DNA of 64,000 nt from Candidatus Woesebacteria bacterium RIFCSPHIGHO2_02_FULL_42_20 (GTDB taxonomy: Bacteria > Patescibacteriota > Microgenomatia > UBA8517). Below, piece by piece: positions 27,843-38,057 of this stretch. Made by a program: the position numbers and the translations under genes. The stretch lies in contig MGGS01000013.1 of the NCBI GenBank assembly GCA_001792535.1, forward strand, positions 692-64,691, read 5' to 3'. The notes under the pieces are model-generated. The model did not search any database and had not been told where the DNA came from. It saw only the letters and a list, made by a program, of their open reading frames with translations. Every line of letters starts with the position of its first letter. The first letter of the stretch is position 1.

Positions 27843-28411
27843 AGCACTCTTCGGGGTAGGCGGTAGATATAAAAAGCGCTTGTGAAGCAAAGGGTCGCCA
27901 TTAAAATAAACAACGTGTTAAAACCAAACAAAGTTACGATAATCCCGCCAACTATAGCACCGATTGATAAGCTAAAGTAGTTAGTTGACTCCCATGCGCC
28001 CCACTGACGACCGGCCTTGTCTACATTGAGATGTTTTGAGTAAACAGCGTCGAAAGCGGGAGAATAAAATGCCTCGGCCGAACCGATTAGCACCTGGACC
28101 AATAAAAGAAAAAGAACCGAATTAGCTTGAGTATAAAGCAGGTACCCAAAAGCAATTACTCCGTATCCACCTGCGACTATTAGTTCGTTTTGTTTAATTT
28201 TATCTGCGAACCTTCCAGCGATTAAAGTAGTAGCACCTGCGGCGAATGCAAAAGCTCCTCCTGTGATGCTGGCATCTAACAAACTCCCCCCCACTTTGTC
28301 GACGAAAAGTGCATAAATTGGGGCAAGCATTGCACCGGAAACCAAAATAAGTGCGTTTGTTCCGAGTAAAATCTTCAACGCCTTGTTTAGGGGGATTTTA
28401 AAAAATGCCAC
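27839..28411 (-). CDS. six-TM membrane protein, MFS-like half-transporter
   Basis: 190 aa, six TM helices, GRFADK loop resembling an MFS motif-A; only half the length of a canonical MFS protein. Confidence 0.4.
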   Translation of the reverse strand: MAFFKIPLNKALKILLGTNALILVSGAMLAPIYALFVDKVGGSLLDASITGGAFAFAAGATTLIAGRFADKIKQNELIVAGGYGVIAFGYLLYTQANSVLFLLLVQVLIGSAEAFYSPAFDAVYSKHLNVDKAGRQWGAWESTNYFSLSIGAIVGGIIVTLFGFNTLFILMATLCFTSAFYIYRLPRRVL

Positions 28412-28453
28412 AAATACATATTAGCAAAAACGTAGTACCCTTGTTCAAATTGC

Positions 28454-28482
28454 TTGCGAAGTAAAAGTTGCTTTGCTATAAT
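28454..28482 (+). promoter_or_regulatory. sigma70-type promoter of the r-protein operon (TTGCGA-17-TATAAT)
   Basis: -35 TTGCGA at 28454..28459 and -10 TATAAT at 28477..28482, 17-nt spacer, about 100 nt upstream of rplC. Confidence 0.5.
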
Positions 28483-28543
28483 TCACTCTTGCATGGAGGT
28501 GATTAAACTATAACCTCTTAAGGATTGTCGGCAGGGAGTACCT

Positions 28544-28569
28544 AAAGGTGCCTGCGGCACCTTTTTTTT
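28544..28569 (+). terminator. intrinsic-terminator-like hairpin plus U8 tract in the rplC leader (candidate attenuator)
   Basis: AAAGGTGCC-TGC-GGCACCTTT perfect 9-bp stem directly followed by TTTTTTTT, ending 11 nt before the rplC ATG (28580). Confidence 0.55.
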
Positions 28570-28579
28570 GGTCAAATTT

Positions 28580-29218
28580 ATGATTAACACATTACTAGGA
28601 CAAAAACAACAAATGGATCAAGTATTTATTGAATGGGTCCGCTACCCGGTAACTTGGGTTGTGGCTGGGCCTTGTGTCGTTACTTATGTTAAAAAGGCTG
28701 ACCAAACCGATTACTGGTCCGTTCAACTTGGGTTTGGTGAAAAGCGGATTAAAAATACGACAAAACCAATGGAAGGACATCTCCGCGGGGTAATAAAAAA
28801 TAAGAAAGCCCCGCGTTTTTTGCGCGAAATAAAAGTGTTTGACGATCCCGGGCTTAAAGTCGGGGATGTGGTTTCTCTAAAGGACGTTTTTGAAGTCGGT
28901 AACGTCGTTGTAGTTACAGGCGTATCCAAAGGTAAAGGCTTTGCAGGAGTAGTTAAAAGGCATGGGTTTGCCGGCGGCCCCAAAACCCATGGGCAATCCG
29001 ACAGATGGAGGGCTCCCGGATCGATCGGTCAAGGTACGACTCCGGGTAGAGTTTATAAGGGTAAAAAAATGGCCGGACGAATGGGTAGCGAGAGAACGAC
29101 AGTAAAGGGTCTTAGGATAATGAAGATTGAAGAGGAGGCCGGTCGTATTGCAGTTCTTGGCGCCATTCCTGGTCGATATGGCAGCATGGTGACTATTACA
29201 AAAGGGGGTTTCAAATGA
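28580..29218 (+). CDS. rplC: 50S ribosomal protein uL3
   Basis: MINTLLGQKQQMDQVF ... matches the uL3 N-terminus (GKK.GMTQ.F); conserved operon position. The ORF track's TTG at 28568 is an alternative start. Confidence 0.85.
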   Translation: MINTLLGQKQQMDQVFIEWVRYPVTWVVAGPCVVTYVKKADQTDYWSVQLGFGEKRIKNTTKPMEGHLRGVIKNKKAPRFLREIKVFDDPGLKVGDVVSLKDVFEVGNVVVVTGVSKGKGFAGVVKRHGFAGGPKTHGQSDRWRAPGSIGQGTTPGRVYKGKKMAGRMGSERTTVKGLRIMKIEEEAGRIAVLGAIPGRYGSMVTITKGGFK

Positions 29219-29826
29219 AGGCGACAGTGTTTAGTGACAAAGGCGTGAAAAGTAAAATGGTTGACTTACCCAAGGAATACACCGAGAAAGTGAGCCGGAG
29301 TCTTCTTTGGCAAGTGCTTCATGTTTATCGCGACAGATTTCATACAGGTAGCTCGAAAGTGAAGACCAGATCGGAAATTAATAGGACTAAAAAGAAATTG
29401 TATAGGCAAAAAGGTACCGGGGGGGCCAGGCATGGAGCTAAATCGGCCCCGATATTTGTGGGTGGAGGTGTGGCTCACGGACCAAAGGTTGCAAGGAGGC
29501 TACTCGATGCCCCGAAAGTTATGAAAAAAAAGGCACTAAACCTTTCAATCAAAATGAAAGGTAAGGAAAATGCCATTTTGGTAGTTTCCGGGGTTGACAA
29601 GTTCACAAAAACCAAGGAAGTTGGAGAGTTTTTAGGCAAGCTTGGGTTTGCAGGCAAGCGGATTATTTTTGCGGTTTCAGAGGAGAATTACAAAAGTTTT
29701 AACAAAGCAGCAAGGAATTTAAAAAATATTAAAGTGAAACCCTTTACCGGCCTAACTGCTTATGATGTTTTTTTTAGCGACAAGCTTGTTTTCGACCAAA
29801 CAGTTTTAAGCAAGGACAAAAAATGA
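29215..29826 (+). CDS. rplD: 50S ribosomal protein uL4
   Basis: uL4-like translation, 203 aa, operon order. Confidence 0.85.
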   Translation: MKATVFSDKGVKSKMVDLPKEYTEKVSRSLLWQVLHVYRDRFHTGSSKVKTRSEINRTKKKLYRQKGTGGARHGAKSAPIFVGGGVAHGPKVARRLLDAPKVMKKKALNLSIKMKGKENAILVVSGVDKFTKTKEVGEFLGKLGFAGKRIIFAVSEENYKSFNKAARNLKNIKVKPFTGLTAYDVFFSDKLVFDQTVLSKDKK

Positions 29827-30116
29827 AGATAACACCGATATTGTCTGAGAAGAGTTTGACGCTTGCCAAAGGTGGTAAGTATAGTTTTTGGGTAGATTCA
29901 AAATTTGGTAAGCACGCAATAAAAAAAATTATAGGCAAAACCTTTGGGGTAGACGTCAAGAGTGTAAAAACACTGAATTTCCAAAAACGGATCCGGAAAA
30001 ATTATCTTGGGAAGAAAATAACCAAAAGTGCGGCTAAAAAAGCAGTCATCGAAATAGGTGAAAAACAAGAAATAGACATCTTTAAGGAAAGTATTAAGGA
30101 GAGCAAAGGAAAATGA
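29823..30116 (+). CDS. rplW: 50S ribosomal protein uL23
   Basis: MKITPILSEKSLTLAKGGKYSFWV...; uL23 signature and position. Confidence 0.85.
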   Translation: MKITPILSEKSLTLAKGGKYSFWVDSKFGKHAIKKIIGKTFGVDVKSVKTLNFQKRIRKNYLGKKITKSAAKKAVIEIGEKQEIDIFKESIKESKGK

Positions 30117-30853
30117 AGCTAAGAAGGATATTACCCAAAAAATCAGGACGGGCTAAGGGAACAGTCACTGTGCGCCACCAGGGTGGTAGACAAAAGAGAT
30201 TTTTACGCGAAATAGATTGGAAGAGGGACAAAAGAGGCATCGTTGGCTATGTGGAAACTATCGAGTATGATCCGAATAGAAATGCCAATATTGCCGGAAT
30301 AGTTTATGAAGACGGTGAGCGTAGATTCATATTGGCACCTGATGGGCTGGGTTTGGCAGATAAAGTGGTATCTGGTCCAGATTCTCCAATGGAAATCGGC
30401 AATGCCCTGCCGCTTGCTAAAATACCGGTTGGGACTACAATTCACAATATTGAAATAATTCCGGGCAAGGGTGGCCAAATAGCAAGAAGCGCCGGAGTCT
30501 CTGCTCTGGTTCAGGGCAAAGAAGAATCATACGTATTGATTAAGCTCTCATCGGGGGAGGTAAAGAGATTTAGGCCAGACTCGTATGCGACACTGGGCCA
30601 GGTTGGAAACGTTGAAGCGAGAACGGTAAGGCTTGGCAAGGCGGGGAGAAAAAGAAGAATGGGAATACGCCCGACGGTAAGAGGGACGGCTCAAAATCCT
30701 AGATCCCATCCTCATGGTGGCGGTGAAGGTAGGAGCGGAGTTGGTATGAAATACCCGAAAACTCCGTGGGGCAAGCCGGCTGTGGGAAAAACCAGAAAGC
30801 CAAGAAAATATTCGGATAGACTTATTATAGAAAGGAAAAAGAGTAAACACTAA
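30113..30853 (+). CDS. rplB: 50S ribosomal protein uL2
   Basis: Conserved uL2 core (...[22 protein letters not shown]...); 246 aa (short, N-terminally trimmed form). Confidence 0.85.
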   Translation: MKLRRILPKKSGRAKGTVTVRHQGGRQKRFLREIDWKRDKRGIVGYVETIEYDPNRNANIAGIVYEDGERRFILAPDGLGLADKVVSGPDSPMEIGNALPLAKIPVGTTIHNIEIIPGKGGQIARSAGVSALVQGKEESYVLIKLSSGEVKRFRPDSYATLGQVGNVEARTVRLGKAGRKRRMGIRPTVRGTAQNPRSHPHGGGEGRSGVGMKYPKTPWGKPAVGKTRKPRKYSDRLIIERKKSKH

Positions 30854-31134
30854 TGTCAAGATCGTCTAAAAAGGGACCATTTGTAGACGCAAAGTTAATT
30901 AAAAAGCTTGGGCGCGGGCTTGGTATCAAGGCGAGTCCGATCAAAACATGGTCAAGGTCCAGTCAAATTCCGCCCGAGTTTGTTGGCAAATACTTTTCTG
31001 TCCACAATGGCAGGGTCTTTATAGGCGTTTTTGTGACCGAAGACATGGTTGGCCACAGGCTTGGCGAATTTGCGCCGACAAGAACATTTCGAGGCCACGG
31101 GCAAGTGGTGAAAAGAATTATTGAAAAGACTTGA
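30853..31134 (+). CDS. rpsS: 30S ribosomal protein uS19
   Basis: [12 protein letters not shown]...[33 protein letters not shown]. Confidence 0.9.
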   Translation: MSRSSKKGPFVDAKLIKKLGRGLGIKASPIKTWSRSSQIPPEFVGKYFSVHNGRVFIGVFVTEDMVGHRLGEFAPTRTFRGHGQVVKRIIEKT

Positions 31135-31141
31135 GAAAATT

Positions 31142-31528
31142 ATGGAAATAGTTGCAGTGCAAAAATTTATCAGAATGTCGCCTAAGAAATTGAGAATTGT
31201 GGCCGACAAGGTTAGAAAAATGAAGCCCCAGGCGGCTGTCGATATTTTGCCGTTTGTTGAAAAAAGTGCGGCAGAGCCTTTGATGAAAGTAATTAAGACA
31301 GCAATTGCTAATGCGAGAGTAAAAAATGTAAGCGAGGATTTGCTTAGGATAAAGGAAGTTCAAATTAACGAAGGGCCACGGCTTAAACGCGGCCGGCCGG
31401 TGTCGCGAGGAAGGTCGCACCCTTATAAACGACGGATGAGTCACATTCGTGTTGTCTTAACCACCAAATCGGTGCCAAAGGCCAAGAAAGTGAAAGGAGA
31501 CAAAGAGAAAAATGGGACAGAAAATTAA
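31142..31528 (+). CDS. rplV: 50S ribosomal protein uL22
   Basis: MEIVAVQKFIRMSPKKLRIVADKVR matches the uL22 N-terminus; start moved to ATG 31142 (track ORF 31121 overlaps the rpsS stop). Confidence 0.8.
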   Translation: MEIVAVQKFIRMSPKKLRIVADKVRKMKPQAAVDILPFVEKSAAEPLMKVIKTAIANARVKNVSEDLLRIKEVQINEGPRLKRGRPVSRGRSHPYKRRMSHIRVVLTTKSVPKAKKVKGDKEKNGTEN

Positions 31529-32174
31529 TCCCATAGGTTTTAGAATTGGGTCGTATATTAATTGGAAATCAAGGTGGTTTTCGGAAGATAACAACTATAA
31601 AGATTACCTGGTTGAAGACATTTTGATCAGAAAAGTATTATCCGATAGACTTAAGCTTGCGGGCTTGACGGAGGTTGAAATTGAAAGGTTGCCAAAAAGC
31701 ATGACAGTGACTCTTAGCGTATCTAGGCCCGGTGTGGTTATAGGCCGGGGAGGAACGGGGATAGAAGACGTAAAAGGGTACATAATTGAGGCAATGAACA
31801 GCATGCGTGTTAAAGGTAAAAGGGTGGCTAAGTTGACCAAGATGGATATAGTAGTAAAAGAAGTAAAGAACCCTGAAATTAGTGCCCGGCTGGTAGCTCA
31901 GAGAATTGTCGGGGAACTGGAGAGAAGGTTTCCCCACAGAAGAGTAATAAATAAAGCCATGGAGAGGGTGATGGCCGCCGGTGCAAAAGGAGTAAAGGTG
32001 ACGTTGGGTGGCAGGATAGGTGGAGCAGACATCTCGAGGGTGGAAAAATATCATACAGGATCGGTTCCTACCCAGACTCTTCGGCAAAACATTGACTACT
32101 TTGAAACACCCGCGCTTCTCAAGAAAGGTTACGTTGGGGTGAAGGTCTGGATCCATAGAGGGGAAGAAAAATAA
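31512..32174 (+). CDS. rpsC: 30S ribosomal protein uS3
   Basis: MGQKINPIGFRIG... KH domain; 220 aa. Confidence 0.9.
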   Translation: MGQKINPIGFRIGSYINWKSRWFSEDNNYKDYLVEDILIRKVLSDRLKLAGLTEVEIERLPKSMTVTLSVSRPGVVIGRGGTGIEDVKGYIIEAMNSMRVKGKRVAKLTKMDIVVKEVKNPEISARLVAQRIVGELERRFPHRRVINKAMERVMAAGAKGVKVTLGGRIGGADISRVEKYHTGSVPTQTLRQNIDYFETPALLKKGYVGVKVWIHRGEEK

Positions 32175-32588
32175 ATGTTACAACCAAAACGAACAAAGTT
32201 TCGGAAAAGTTTTAGAGGCAGGCGCAAAGGCATAGCTGTTAGGGGCAGCAAATTATCCTTTGGTGAGTATGGCCTGAAATCGCTTGGGACTACGTGGATG
32301 TCTGCGGCGCAAATTGAAGCCGCAAGGCGTGCCGTAACGCATTATTTGAAAAGAAAGGGGCGGATGTGGATTCGGATTTTTCCGGATAAACCTGTTACTG
32401 CTCGGGCTGCGGGCCAGCGAATGGGTGGAGGCAAAGGAGACATTGACAGATATGTGGCGGTGATCAAACCGGGTAGGGTACTTTTTGAAGTTGCCGGGGT
32501 GCCGGAAGAGGTAGCACGAGAAGCGTTCAATAGAGCTGCGGTAAAGTTACCCGTTAAAACAAAGTTAGTCAGAAAGGAAAAGCAATGA
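32175..32588 (+). CDS. rplP: 50S ribosomal protein uL16
   Basis: [16 protein letters not shown]... uL16 N-terminus. Confidence 0.9.
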   Translation: MLQPKRTKFRKSFRGRRKGIAVRGSKLSFGEYGLKSLGTTWMSAAQIEAARRAVTHYLKRKGRMWIRIFPDKPVTARAAGQRMGGGKGDIDRYVAVIKPGRVLFEVAGVPEEVAREAFNRAAVKLPVKTKLVRKEKQ

Positions 32589-32803
32589 AAAGTAAGGACT
32601 TGGATGGAGCACGAAGAAAGTCACTGAAAGAACTTGAAGAAATGGTAATCAAACTTGAAGGCGATAAAATTAAGGAAATTAGCAATAAAATGTCAGCCAA
32701 GAGCAAAAATTTAAAGGTGGCCAGAAACTTAAGAAAAGAAATAGCACAAATAAAAACTTTGATTAGGGAAAAACAAATAATCGAGACATTGACCAAAAAA
32801 TAA
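32585..32803 (+). CDS. rpmC: 50S ribosomal protein uL29
   Basis: 72-aa helical protein in the canonical position after rplP. Confidence 0.75.
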   Translation: MKSKDLDGARRKSLKELEEMVIKLEGDKIKEISNKMSAKSKNLKVARNLRKEIAQIKTLIREKQIIETLTKK

Positions 32804-32805
32804 TC

Positions 32806-33105
32806 ATGAAAATATTCACAGGGAAAGTGATTTCTAAAAGGATGCAAAAAACGGCAACCGTGTTGGTGGAAAGAAAGGTTTCGCACCCTGTTTATTTGAA
32901 GCTCATGAAAAGGACAAGGAAGTATCATGTGCATGATGAAGTAGACGTGAAAGTGGGCGACGCTGTCAGATTTGTTGCTACAAAGCCTGTCAGTAAACTG
33001 AAAAAATGGAAAATTATCGGGGTTGTTGGCGGTTTGTCGGTAAAATCTCCGGTAAAGGAGGGGAAGAAGCGAAGCAGTATTACAAAAAAGAAAGGCGATA
33101 AATGA
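32806..33105 (+). CDS. rpsQ: 30S ribosomal protein uS17
   Basis: GKVISKRMQKTATVLVER... uS17 OB fold with a basic C-terminal extension. Confidence 0.85.
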   Translation: MKIFTGKVISKRMQKTATVLVERKVSHPVYLKLMKRTRKYHVHDEVDVKVGDAVRFVATKPVSKLKKWKIIGVVGGLSVKSPVKEGKKRSSITKKKGDK

Positions 33106-33467
33106 TTCAATTTCGAAGTGTGATTAATCCGGCTGATAATTCGGGAGCCAAAAAATTAATGGTAATTGGAATTTCGCCGAAAATTGGCAAGAAAGCAAGT
33201 GTTGGAGACGTCGTGAAATGTGTAGTCAAAGGTGCAGACCCGAATGGAAATGTTGTAGACGGAGAGATGGTGTCGGTTGTAATAGTTCGGACGAAAAAAG
33301 AAGTCGGAAGGGCGGATGGTACTTATACTCGTTTTGACGATAATGCCGGAGTGGTAATCGATAAACAAGGGTTGCCCAAAGGGACTAGGGTTTTAGGTCC
33401 AATTGCAAAAGAAGTTAAAGAAACCGGATACACAAAAATTGCGTCACTGGCCAGGGAGGTTGTATAA
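33102..33467 (+). CDS. rplN: 50S ribosomal protein uL14
   Basis: MIQFRSVINPADNSGAKKLMVIG... uL14 N-terminus. Confidence 0.9.
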   Translation: MIQFRSVINPADNSGAKKLMVIGISPKIGKKASVGDVVKCVVKGADPNGNVVDGEMVSVVIVRTKKEVGRADGTYTRFDDNAGVVIDKQGLPKGTRVLGPIAKEVKETGYTKIASLAREVV

Positions 33468-33812
33468 ATGCTAAAAATTAAAAAAGGTGACACTGTCAAG
33501 GTGGTAGCGGGAAAAGATAAAGGTAAAGACGGGGTTGTCGAAAGGGTTTTTGCCGACAAGTTCGATTTGCTGGTGCCTAACTTAAATTTGTACAAAAAGC
33601 ATGTCAAGGCAGCCGTGGCGCCGGACAAAAAAGGCGGGATATATGAAATTCCAAAACCTCTTTCGATTGCCAACGTTGCTTTAGTTTGCCCCCACTGTAA
33701 AAAAATAGCCCGGGTGGGTTTTAAAGTCTTGGCAACGGGTGAGAAACAGAGATTTTGCAAGAAATGCAATCGGGCAATTGACACGAAATCAAAGAAGGAC
33801 AAAGGGGGCTAA
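33468..33812 (+). CDS. rplX: 50S ribosomal protein uL24 with an embedded C4 zinc ribbon
   Basis: MLKIKKGDTVKVVAGKDKGKDG (KOW motif); C-terminal half contains CPHC...CKKC. Confidence 0.85.
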   Translation: MLKIKKGDTVKVVAGKDKGKDGVVERVFADKFDLLVPNLNLYKKHVKAAVAPDKKGGIYEIPKPLSIANVALVCPHCKKIARVGFKVLATGEKQRFCKKCNRAIDTKSKKDKGG

Positions 33813-33815
33813 AAA

Positions 33816-34361
33816 ATGAAATCGCAACTTAGGAAAGACTATATTAGTAAAGTTAGGCCACAGCTAAGGGAGGAATTTGGGCTTACAAGCGTGATGGCTG
33901 TGCCGGGTATTACAAAAGTCGTAGTTAATTCTGGCGTTGGTTTTACCCTTAAGAACAAAGATTTACTGGCAAAGGTGAAAAAAGACATTGCGGCAATTAC
34001 CGGCCAGCAGCCTGCAACTCGAAAAGCTAGGATTTCCGTGGCAGGCTTCGACATAAGAGCTGGTATGCCTGTTGGCATTCAGGTTACTTTAAGAGGAGAC
34101 GCTGCCTACAACTTTTTGGCGAAGTTGTTTAATATTGTCCTTCCCAGGCTTAGAGACTTTAGGGGGATTAAAAAAAATGGGTTTGACCAAAATGGGAATT
34201 ATACTTTGGGAATCGGAGAGCACACCGTTTTTCCGGAAATCGATCTTTCCAAAGTAGAAAAGCCATTTGGAATGGAAATAACAATTGTCACTAGTACGAA
34301 CGACAAAAAACTGGCAATGAAACTGCTTGACTTATTAGGTGCACCATTTGAAAAGGAATAA
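33816..34361 (+). CDS. rplE: 50S ribosomal protein uL5
   Basis: uL5 translation, 181 aa, operon order. Confidence 0.85.
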   Translation: MKSQLRKDYISKVRPQLREEFGLTSVMAVPGITKVVVNSGVGFTLKNKDLLAKVKKDIAAITGQQPATRKARISVAGFDIRAGMPVGIQVTLRGDAAYNFLAKLFNIVLPRLRDFRGIKKNGFDQNGNYTLGIGEHTVFPEIDLSKVEKPFGMEITIVTSTNDKKLAMKLLDLLGAPFEKE

Positions 34362-34364
34362 ATT

Positions 34365-34550
34365 ATGGCAAAGACATCTAAAGAAGTTAGAGAGTACAAG
34401 AAATTGAAATACCAAGTTAGGTACAGAAATAGGTGCCGGCTTTGTGGAAGATCGAGGGGATTTATGAGAAAATTCGGACTTTGTAGACTTTGTTTCCGGA
34501 AACACGCGCATTTGGGCGAAATTCCGGGAGTTAGGAAGGCTAGTTGGTGA
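34365..34550 (+). CDS. rpsN: 30S ribosomal protein uS14, type Z (zinc-binding)
   Basis: 61 aa with CRLC...CRLC zinc knuckle. Confidence 0.9.
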   Translation: MAKTSKEVREYKKLKYQVRYRNRCRLCGRSRGFMRKFGLCRLCFRKHAHLGEIPGVRKASW

Positions 34551-34553
34551 CTT

Positions 34554-34937
34554 ATGGCTTATTCAAATTATTACATTGGCGACGCCCTTATCAGGATTAA
34601 AAACGCCTGTATGGCAAAGCAAACTGAAGTTGTTGTTCCAAACACAAAAATTGTAAGAGCCGTTATGGAGGTACTCAAGCGGGAAAAGTTTGTGGAAAGT
34701 GTGAATTCTAGGGAAGGTGGTCTTGAGGTGAAGTTGAAAACTAAAAAAGGACAGAGTTTGGTGACCGACATAAAGTTGATGTCAAAGCCGGGCAGAAGGC
34801 TGTATTTGACCAGAGCGCAAATAAAAGCAAAAAAGGGTTTTGCAACTTTAATACTCTCGACAAGTAAGGGAGTGAAATCGGGAAAAGAGGCACTGAAGGA
34901 AAACCAGGGTGGAGAGCTGATTGCGGAGGTAAGCTAA
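34554..34937 (+). CDS. rpsH: 30S ribosomal protein uS8
   Basis: uS8-like, 127 aa, position. Confidence 0.85.
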   Translation: MAYSNYYIGDALIRIKNACMAKQTEVVVPNTKIVRAVMEVLKREKFVESVNSREGGLEVKLKTKKGQSLVTDIKLMSKPGRRLYLTRAQIKAKKGFATLILSTSKGVKSGKEALKENQGGELIAEVS

Positions 34938-34938
34938 T

Positions 34939-35487
34939 ATGGCAAGATTTGGCAAATTACCGGTAAATATCCCAAAAGAGGTGAAAATTGAAGTAACGGG
35001 CGGCGTTATGAAGATAGAAGGACCTAAAGGTGCTTTGGAGAGAAAATTACCTGATAGAGTTAGTGTCAAACAAGAAGGCACTGTGCTGTTTGTTCTAAGC
35101 CGTGGTCGTGACAAACAAAGTTTGGCCAATCAGGGAACGACCAGGTCTCACATAATGAATATGATCACCGGAGTGACGCAAGGCTGGAAAAAAACTTTGG
35201 AGTTAGTCGGTTCCGGTTACAGAGCCGAAGTCCAAGGGAAGGACTTGATACTTACGGTAGGCTACTCGCACCCAGTGAAAGTTAGCGCGCCTGGTACTGT
35301 AAGTTTTTCGGTAGAGAAAAACGTAATAAACGTTGAAGGAATTGACTTGGAGGTAGTATGCCAGTTGGCTGCCAATGTCAGGCGAGTTCGTGAACCGGAG
35401 CCGTATAAAGGGAAAGGAATTAAATACATCGACGAAATCGTCCGAAGAAAGGCGGGTAAAGCTGCTGCAAAGGCAGTAGTAGCATAA
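34939..35487 (+). CDS. rplF: 50S ribosomal protein uL6
   Basis: MARFGKLPVNIPKEVKIEV... duplicated uL6 domains. Confidence 0.85.
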   Translation: MARFGKLPVNIPKEVKIEVTGGVMKIEGPKGALERKLPDRVSVKQEGTVLFVLSRGRDKQSLANQGTTRSHIMNMITGVTQGWKKTLELVGSGYRAEVQGKDLILTVGYSHPVKVSAPGTVSFSVEKNVINVEGIDLEVVCQLAANVRRVREPEPYKGKGIKYIDEIVRRKAGKAAAKAVVA

Positions 35488-35492
35488 AAGCT

Positions 35493-35840
35493 ATGAATAA
35501 AAGAGAAAACAGAATTAAAAGGAAAAGAAGGGTCAGGTCTAAAATTTTTGGTACTAAAGAAAGACCTCGAATTTCGGTGTTCAGGTCTTCAAAACACATT
35601 TATGCGCAATTGGTTAATGACGATAAAGGAGAAACGCTCGCCTTCGCTTCCAGCAAAGGATTTAAAATCGAGCAGACAAAGGGCAAACTTGGGATAGCTG
35701 TTATGGTTGGGGAAAAGCTTGCCGGTCTTGCAAAATTAAAAAAGGTTACAATGGCCGTTTTTGATAAGGGCGGATACAAATTTCATGGCCGGGTTAAAGC
35801 TTTGGCTGAAGGAGCCAGACGAGGCGGATTAAAGTTTTAA
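35493..35840 (+). CDS. rplR: 50S ribosomal protein uL18
   Basis: uL18-like, 115 aa, position. Confidence 0.85.
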   Translation: MNKRENRIKRKRRVRSKIFGTKERPRISVFRSSKHIYAQLVNDDKGETLAFASSKGFKIEQTKGKLGIAVMVGEKLAGLAKLKKVTMAVFDKGGYKFHGRVKALAEGARRGGLKF

Positions 35841-35843
35841 GCT

Positions 35844-36308
35844 ATGCAAAATTTTGAGAGAAATAAAGAGTATCAGGAGTCCGTAGTTCAAATAAACAGG
35901 ATTTCTAAAAAAACAAAAGGGGGTAACCAAATGAGATTCTCTGCCTTGGTAGTTGTGGGTGATAAAAAAGGCAGGGTTGGAGCAGGCCTTTCTAAAGCGA
36001 AAGATGTCCGAAATGCCATTACAAAGGCCATAAGTTTTGCAAAGAAGCGGATGTTTGAAGTACCCCTGAACGGTACAACTATCCCATTCGCTGTTACTCA
36101 TAAATATAGCGCGGCGAAAATATTGTTGAAACCTGCTCCCCCGGGTTCAGGGATAATTGCAGGAGGGCCGATGCGGTTGGTACTGGATGCCGCAGGAGTG
36201 CGGGATGTTGTAGGCAAAATTTTAGGGACAAAAAATAAAATATCAAATGTTTATGCAACATTGGAAGCTCTGAAGAAATTGAGCGATTTGCAGGAAAGGA
36301 GAAGCTAA
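35844..36308 (+). CDS. rpsE: 30S ribosomal protein uS5
   Basis: uS5 dsRBD and C-terminal domain; 154 aa. Confidence 0.85.
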   Translation: MQNFERNKEYQESVVQINRISKKTKGGNQMRFSALVVVGDKKGRVGAGLSKAKDVRNAITKAISFAKKRMFEVPLNGTTIPFAVTHKYSAAKILLKPAPPGSGIIAGGPMRLVLDAAGVRDVVGKILGTKNKISNVYATLEALKKLSDLQERRS

Positions 36309-36312
36309 AACT

Positions 36313-36750
36313 ATGGCAATGGTTGGAAAAGTAAATGCCAAAAAAAGAAAGAGGGTCGGGCGCGGCTATGGTTCGGGCCGTGGTGGGCATACGGCAGGAC
36401 GTGGCCAAAAAGGCCAAAAAAGTAGGAGAAAAATCGGCGTAATATTTGAGGGCGTCAAAATTAAGAAGTCCCTTTTAATTAGGCTTCCGGTCAGGCGTGG
36501 TAAAGAAAAATTAAAGCCTTCAAGCAAGCCTTTGATAGTTAATCTTAAGTACCTTGAAATTCTCCCTTCGGGAACGTTGGTGAATATTGAAAATTTGGTC
36601 AAATATAAAGTTGTTGATTCCCGGGATGCAAAAAGATTTGGATTGAAAATATTAGGCGACGGAAAACTTACTAAAAAACTTGAAATTGCATTGCCGATTT
36701 CAAAGTCTGCCATGGAAAAAGTTAAAAAGGTCGGAGGAAGCATCAGTTAA
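36313..36750 (+). CDS. rplO: 50S ribosomal protein uL15 (follows rpsE directly; no rpmD/L30)
   Basis: Gly/Arg-rich N-terminus [23 protein letters not shown] typical of uL15; only 4 nt separate rpsE and rplO. Confidence 0.85.
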   Translation: MAMVGKVNAKKRKRVGRGYGSGRGGHTAGRGQKGQKSRRKIGVIFEGVKIKKSLLIRLPVRRGKEKLKPSSKPLIVNLKYLEILPSGTLVNIENLVKYKVVDSRDAKRFGLKILGDGKLTKKLEIALPISKSAMEKVKKVGGSIS

Positions 36751-38057
36751 TGATCAACCAAATTGTGGAATTTTTTTCACGCCTGCTGCGCTCGCGTGAA
36801 ATACGGCGCAAATTGCTTATAACAGCAGCAATTTTGGTGGTTTACCGTTTTGCGGCTCATATCCCGGCGGCCGGAGTGGACAGGTCTTCGCTTCAGAGAT
36901 TGTTTACAGGAAGCCCGCTGCTTTCACTTTTGGATGTATTCTCGGGCGGAACTTTGGCAAATTTCTCGATAATGGCGCTGGCACTTACCCCCTACATTAA
37001 CGCTTCGATTATATTGCAACTTTTGACAATGGTTGTTCCCCGCTTGGAGGAACTTTCAAAGGAAGGTGAATATGGTCAGGAAAAAATAAATCAATATACG
37101 AGATTTTTAATGGTGCCACTGGCTGCGATGCAATCTTTTGGCATGTACACGCTTTTGACTGGCCAAGGTGTCATAGACAGGCTGGAAACACTTCCATTGA
37201 TAGCAATGCTGGTTACCATGACGGCGGGGAGCGTTTTTTCGGTATGGCTTGGCGAACTCATCACAGAGTACGGTATCGGAAACGGAATATCGTTTTTAAT
37301 TTTTGCGGGGATTGTGGCGAGGCTGCCGGTTACCGTGGCGCAATCGGTTACGACCGTCCAAAGCAGCGACTTGCTGCGTATATCTGTGTTTTTGATCTTG
37401 GCGTTTGTAATAATTGCATTAATTGTTTTTGTGAATGAAGCCAAACGAAATATTCCAATTACTTATGCCAGGCGGTCTGTCCGTGGACTTGCTTCAAACA
37501 CCTCAATTCTTCCATTAAAGCTTAACCAGGCTGGTGTCATTCCCATAATCTTTGCCGTATCACTAGTGTTTTTACCATCAATGGTCGCCCAATTTCTTTC
37601 AAGCGGGAATGTCAGCGATCAGATTTATCAAATTAGTGTAAAAATTACCCAACTGTTTAACCCTAATTCTTTTGTCTACAATGGAACTTATTTCGCTCTG
37701 GTTTTTGGCTTTACTTACTTTTATACCTCTGTGGTTTTTAACCCTGAGAAAATTGCCGAAAATCTTCAAAAGAATGGTGGTTTCATTTCGGGGATTAGGC
37801 CCGGCGGGGCAACGAAAAATTATCTGTCTTACGTAATTACGCGCATAACTTTGGTGGGGGCTTTGTTTTTGGGCCTTATAGCCATTTTGCCGTCGCTGAT
37901 ACAAAACTCTATAGGGATTTCAAATCTCGCCATCGGGGGTACCGGCGTGCTGATAGTTGTTTCGGTTATCTTGGAGATGACCAGCGAGCTTGAGGGGCAG
38001 CTTGTAATGAAGAAGTACGAGAGCTTTATAGCAGTTTCGAGAAAACCCAGAGCGTAA
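36750..38057 (+). CDS. secY: preprotein translocase subunit SecY
   Basis: 435 aa, ten TM helices, conserved SecY plug/hinge regions; ATG overlaps the rplO stop (TAATG). Confidence 0.9.
   Translation: MINQIVEFFSRLLRSREIRRKLLITAAILVVYRFAAHIPAAGVDRSSLQRLFTGSPLLSLLDVFSGGTLANFSIMALALTPYINASIILQLLTMVVPRLEELSKEGEYGQEKINQYTRFLMVPLAAMQSFGMYTLLTGQGVIDRLETLPLIAMLVTMTAGSVFSVWLGELITEYGIGNGISFLIFAGIVARLPVTVAQSVTTVQSSDLLRISVFLILAFVIIALIVFVNEAKRNIPITYARRSVRGLASNTSILPLKLNQAGVIPIIFAVSLVFLPSMVAQFLSSGNVSDQIYQISVKITQLFNPNSFVYNGTYFALVFGFTYFYTSVVFNPEKIAENLQKNGGFISGIRPGGATKNYLSYVITRITLVGALFLGLIAILPSLIQNSIGISNLAIGGTGVLIVVSVILEMTSELEGQLVMKKYESFIAVSRKPRA

Noticed and set aside
31638-32156. 172-aa minus-strand ORF (and many 60-120-aa antisense ORFs throughout 28.5-43.6 kb)
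   Set aside because: They lie entirely antisense to well-supported ribosomal-protein genes and have low-complexity, stop-poor shadow-frame composition; no motifs.
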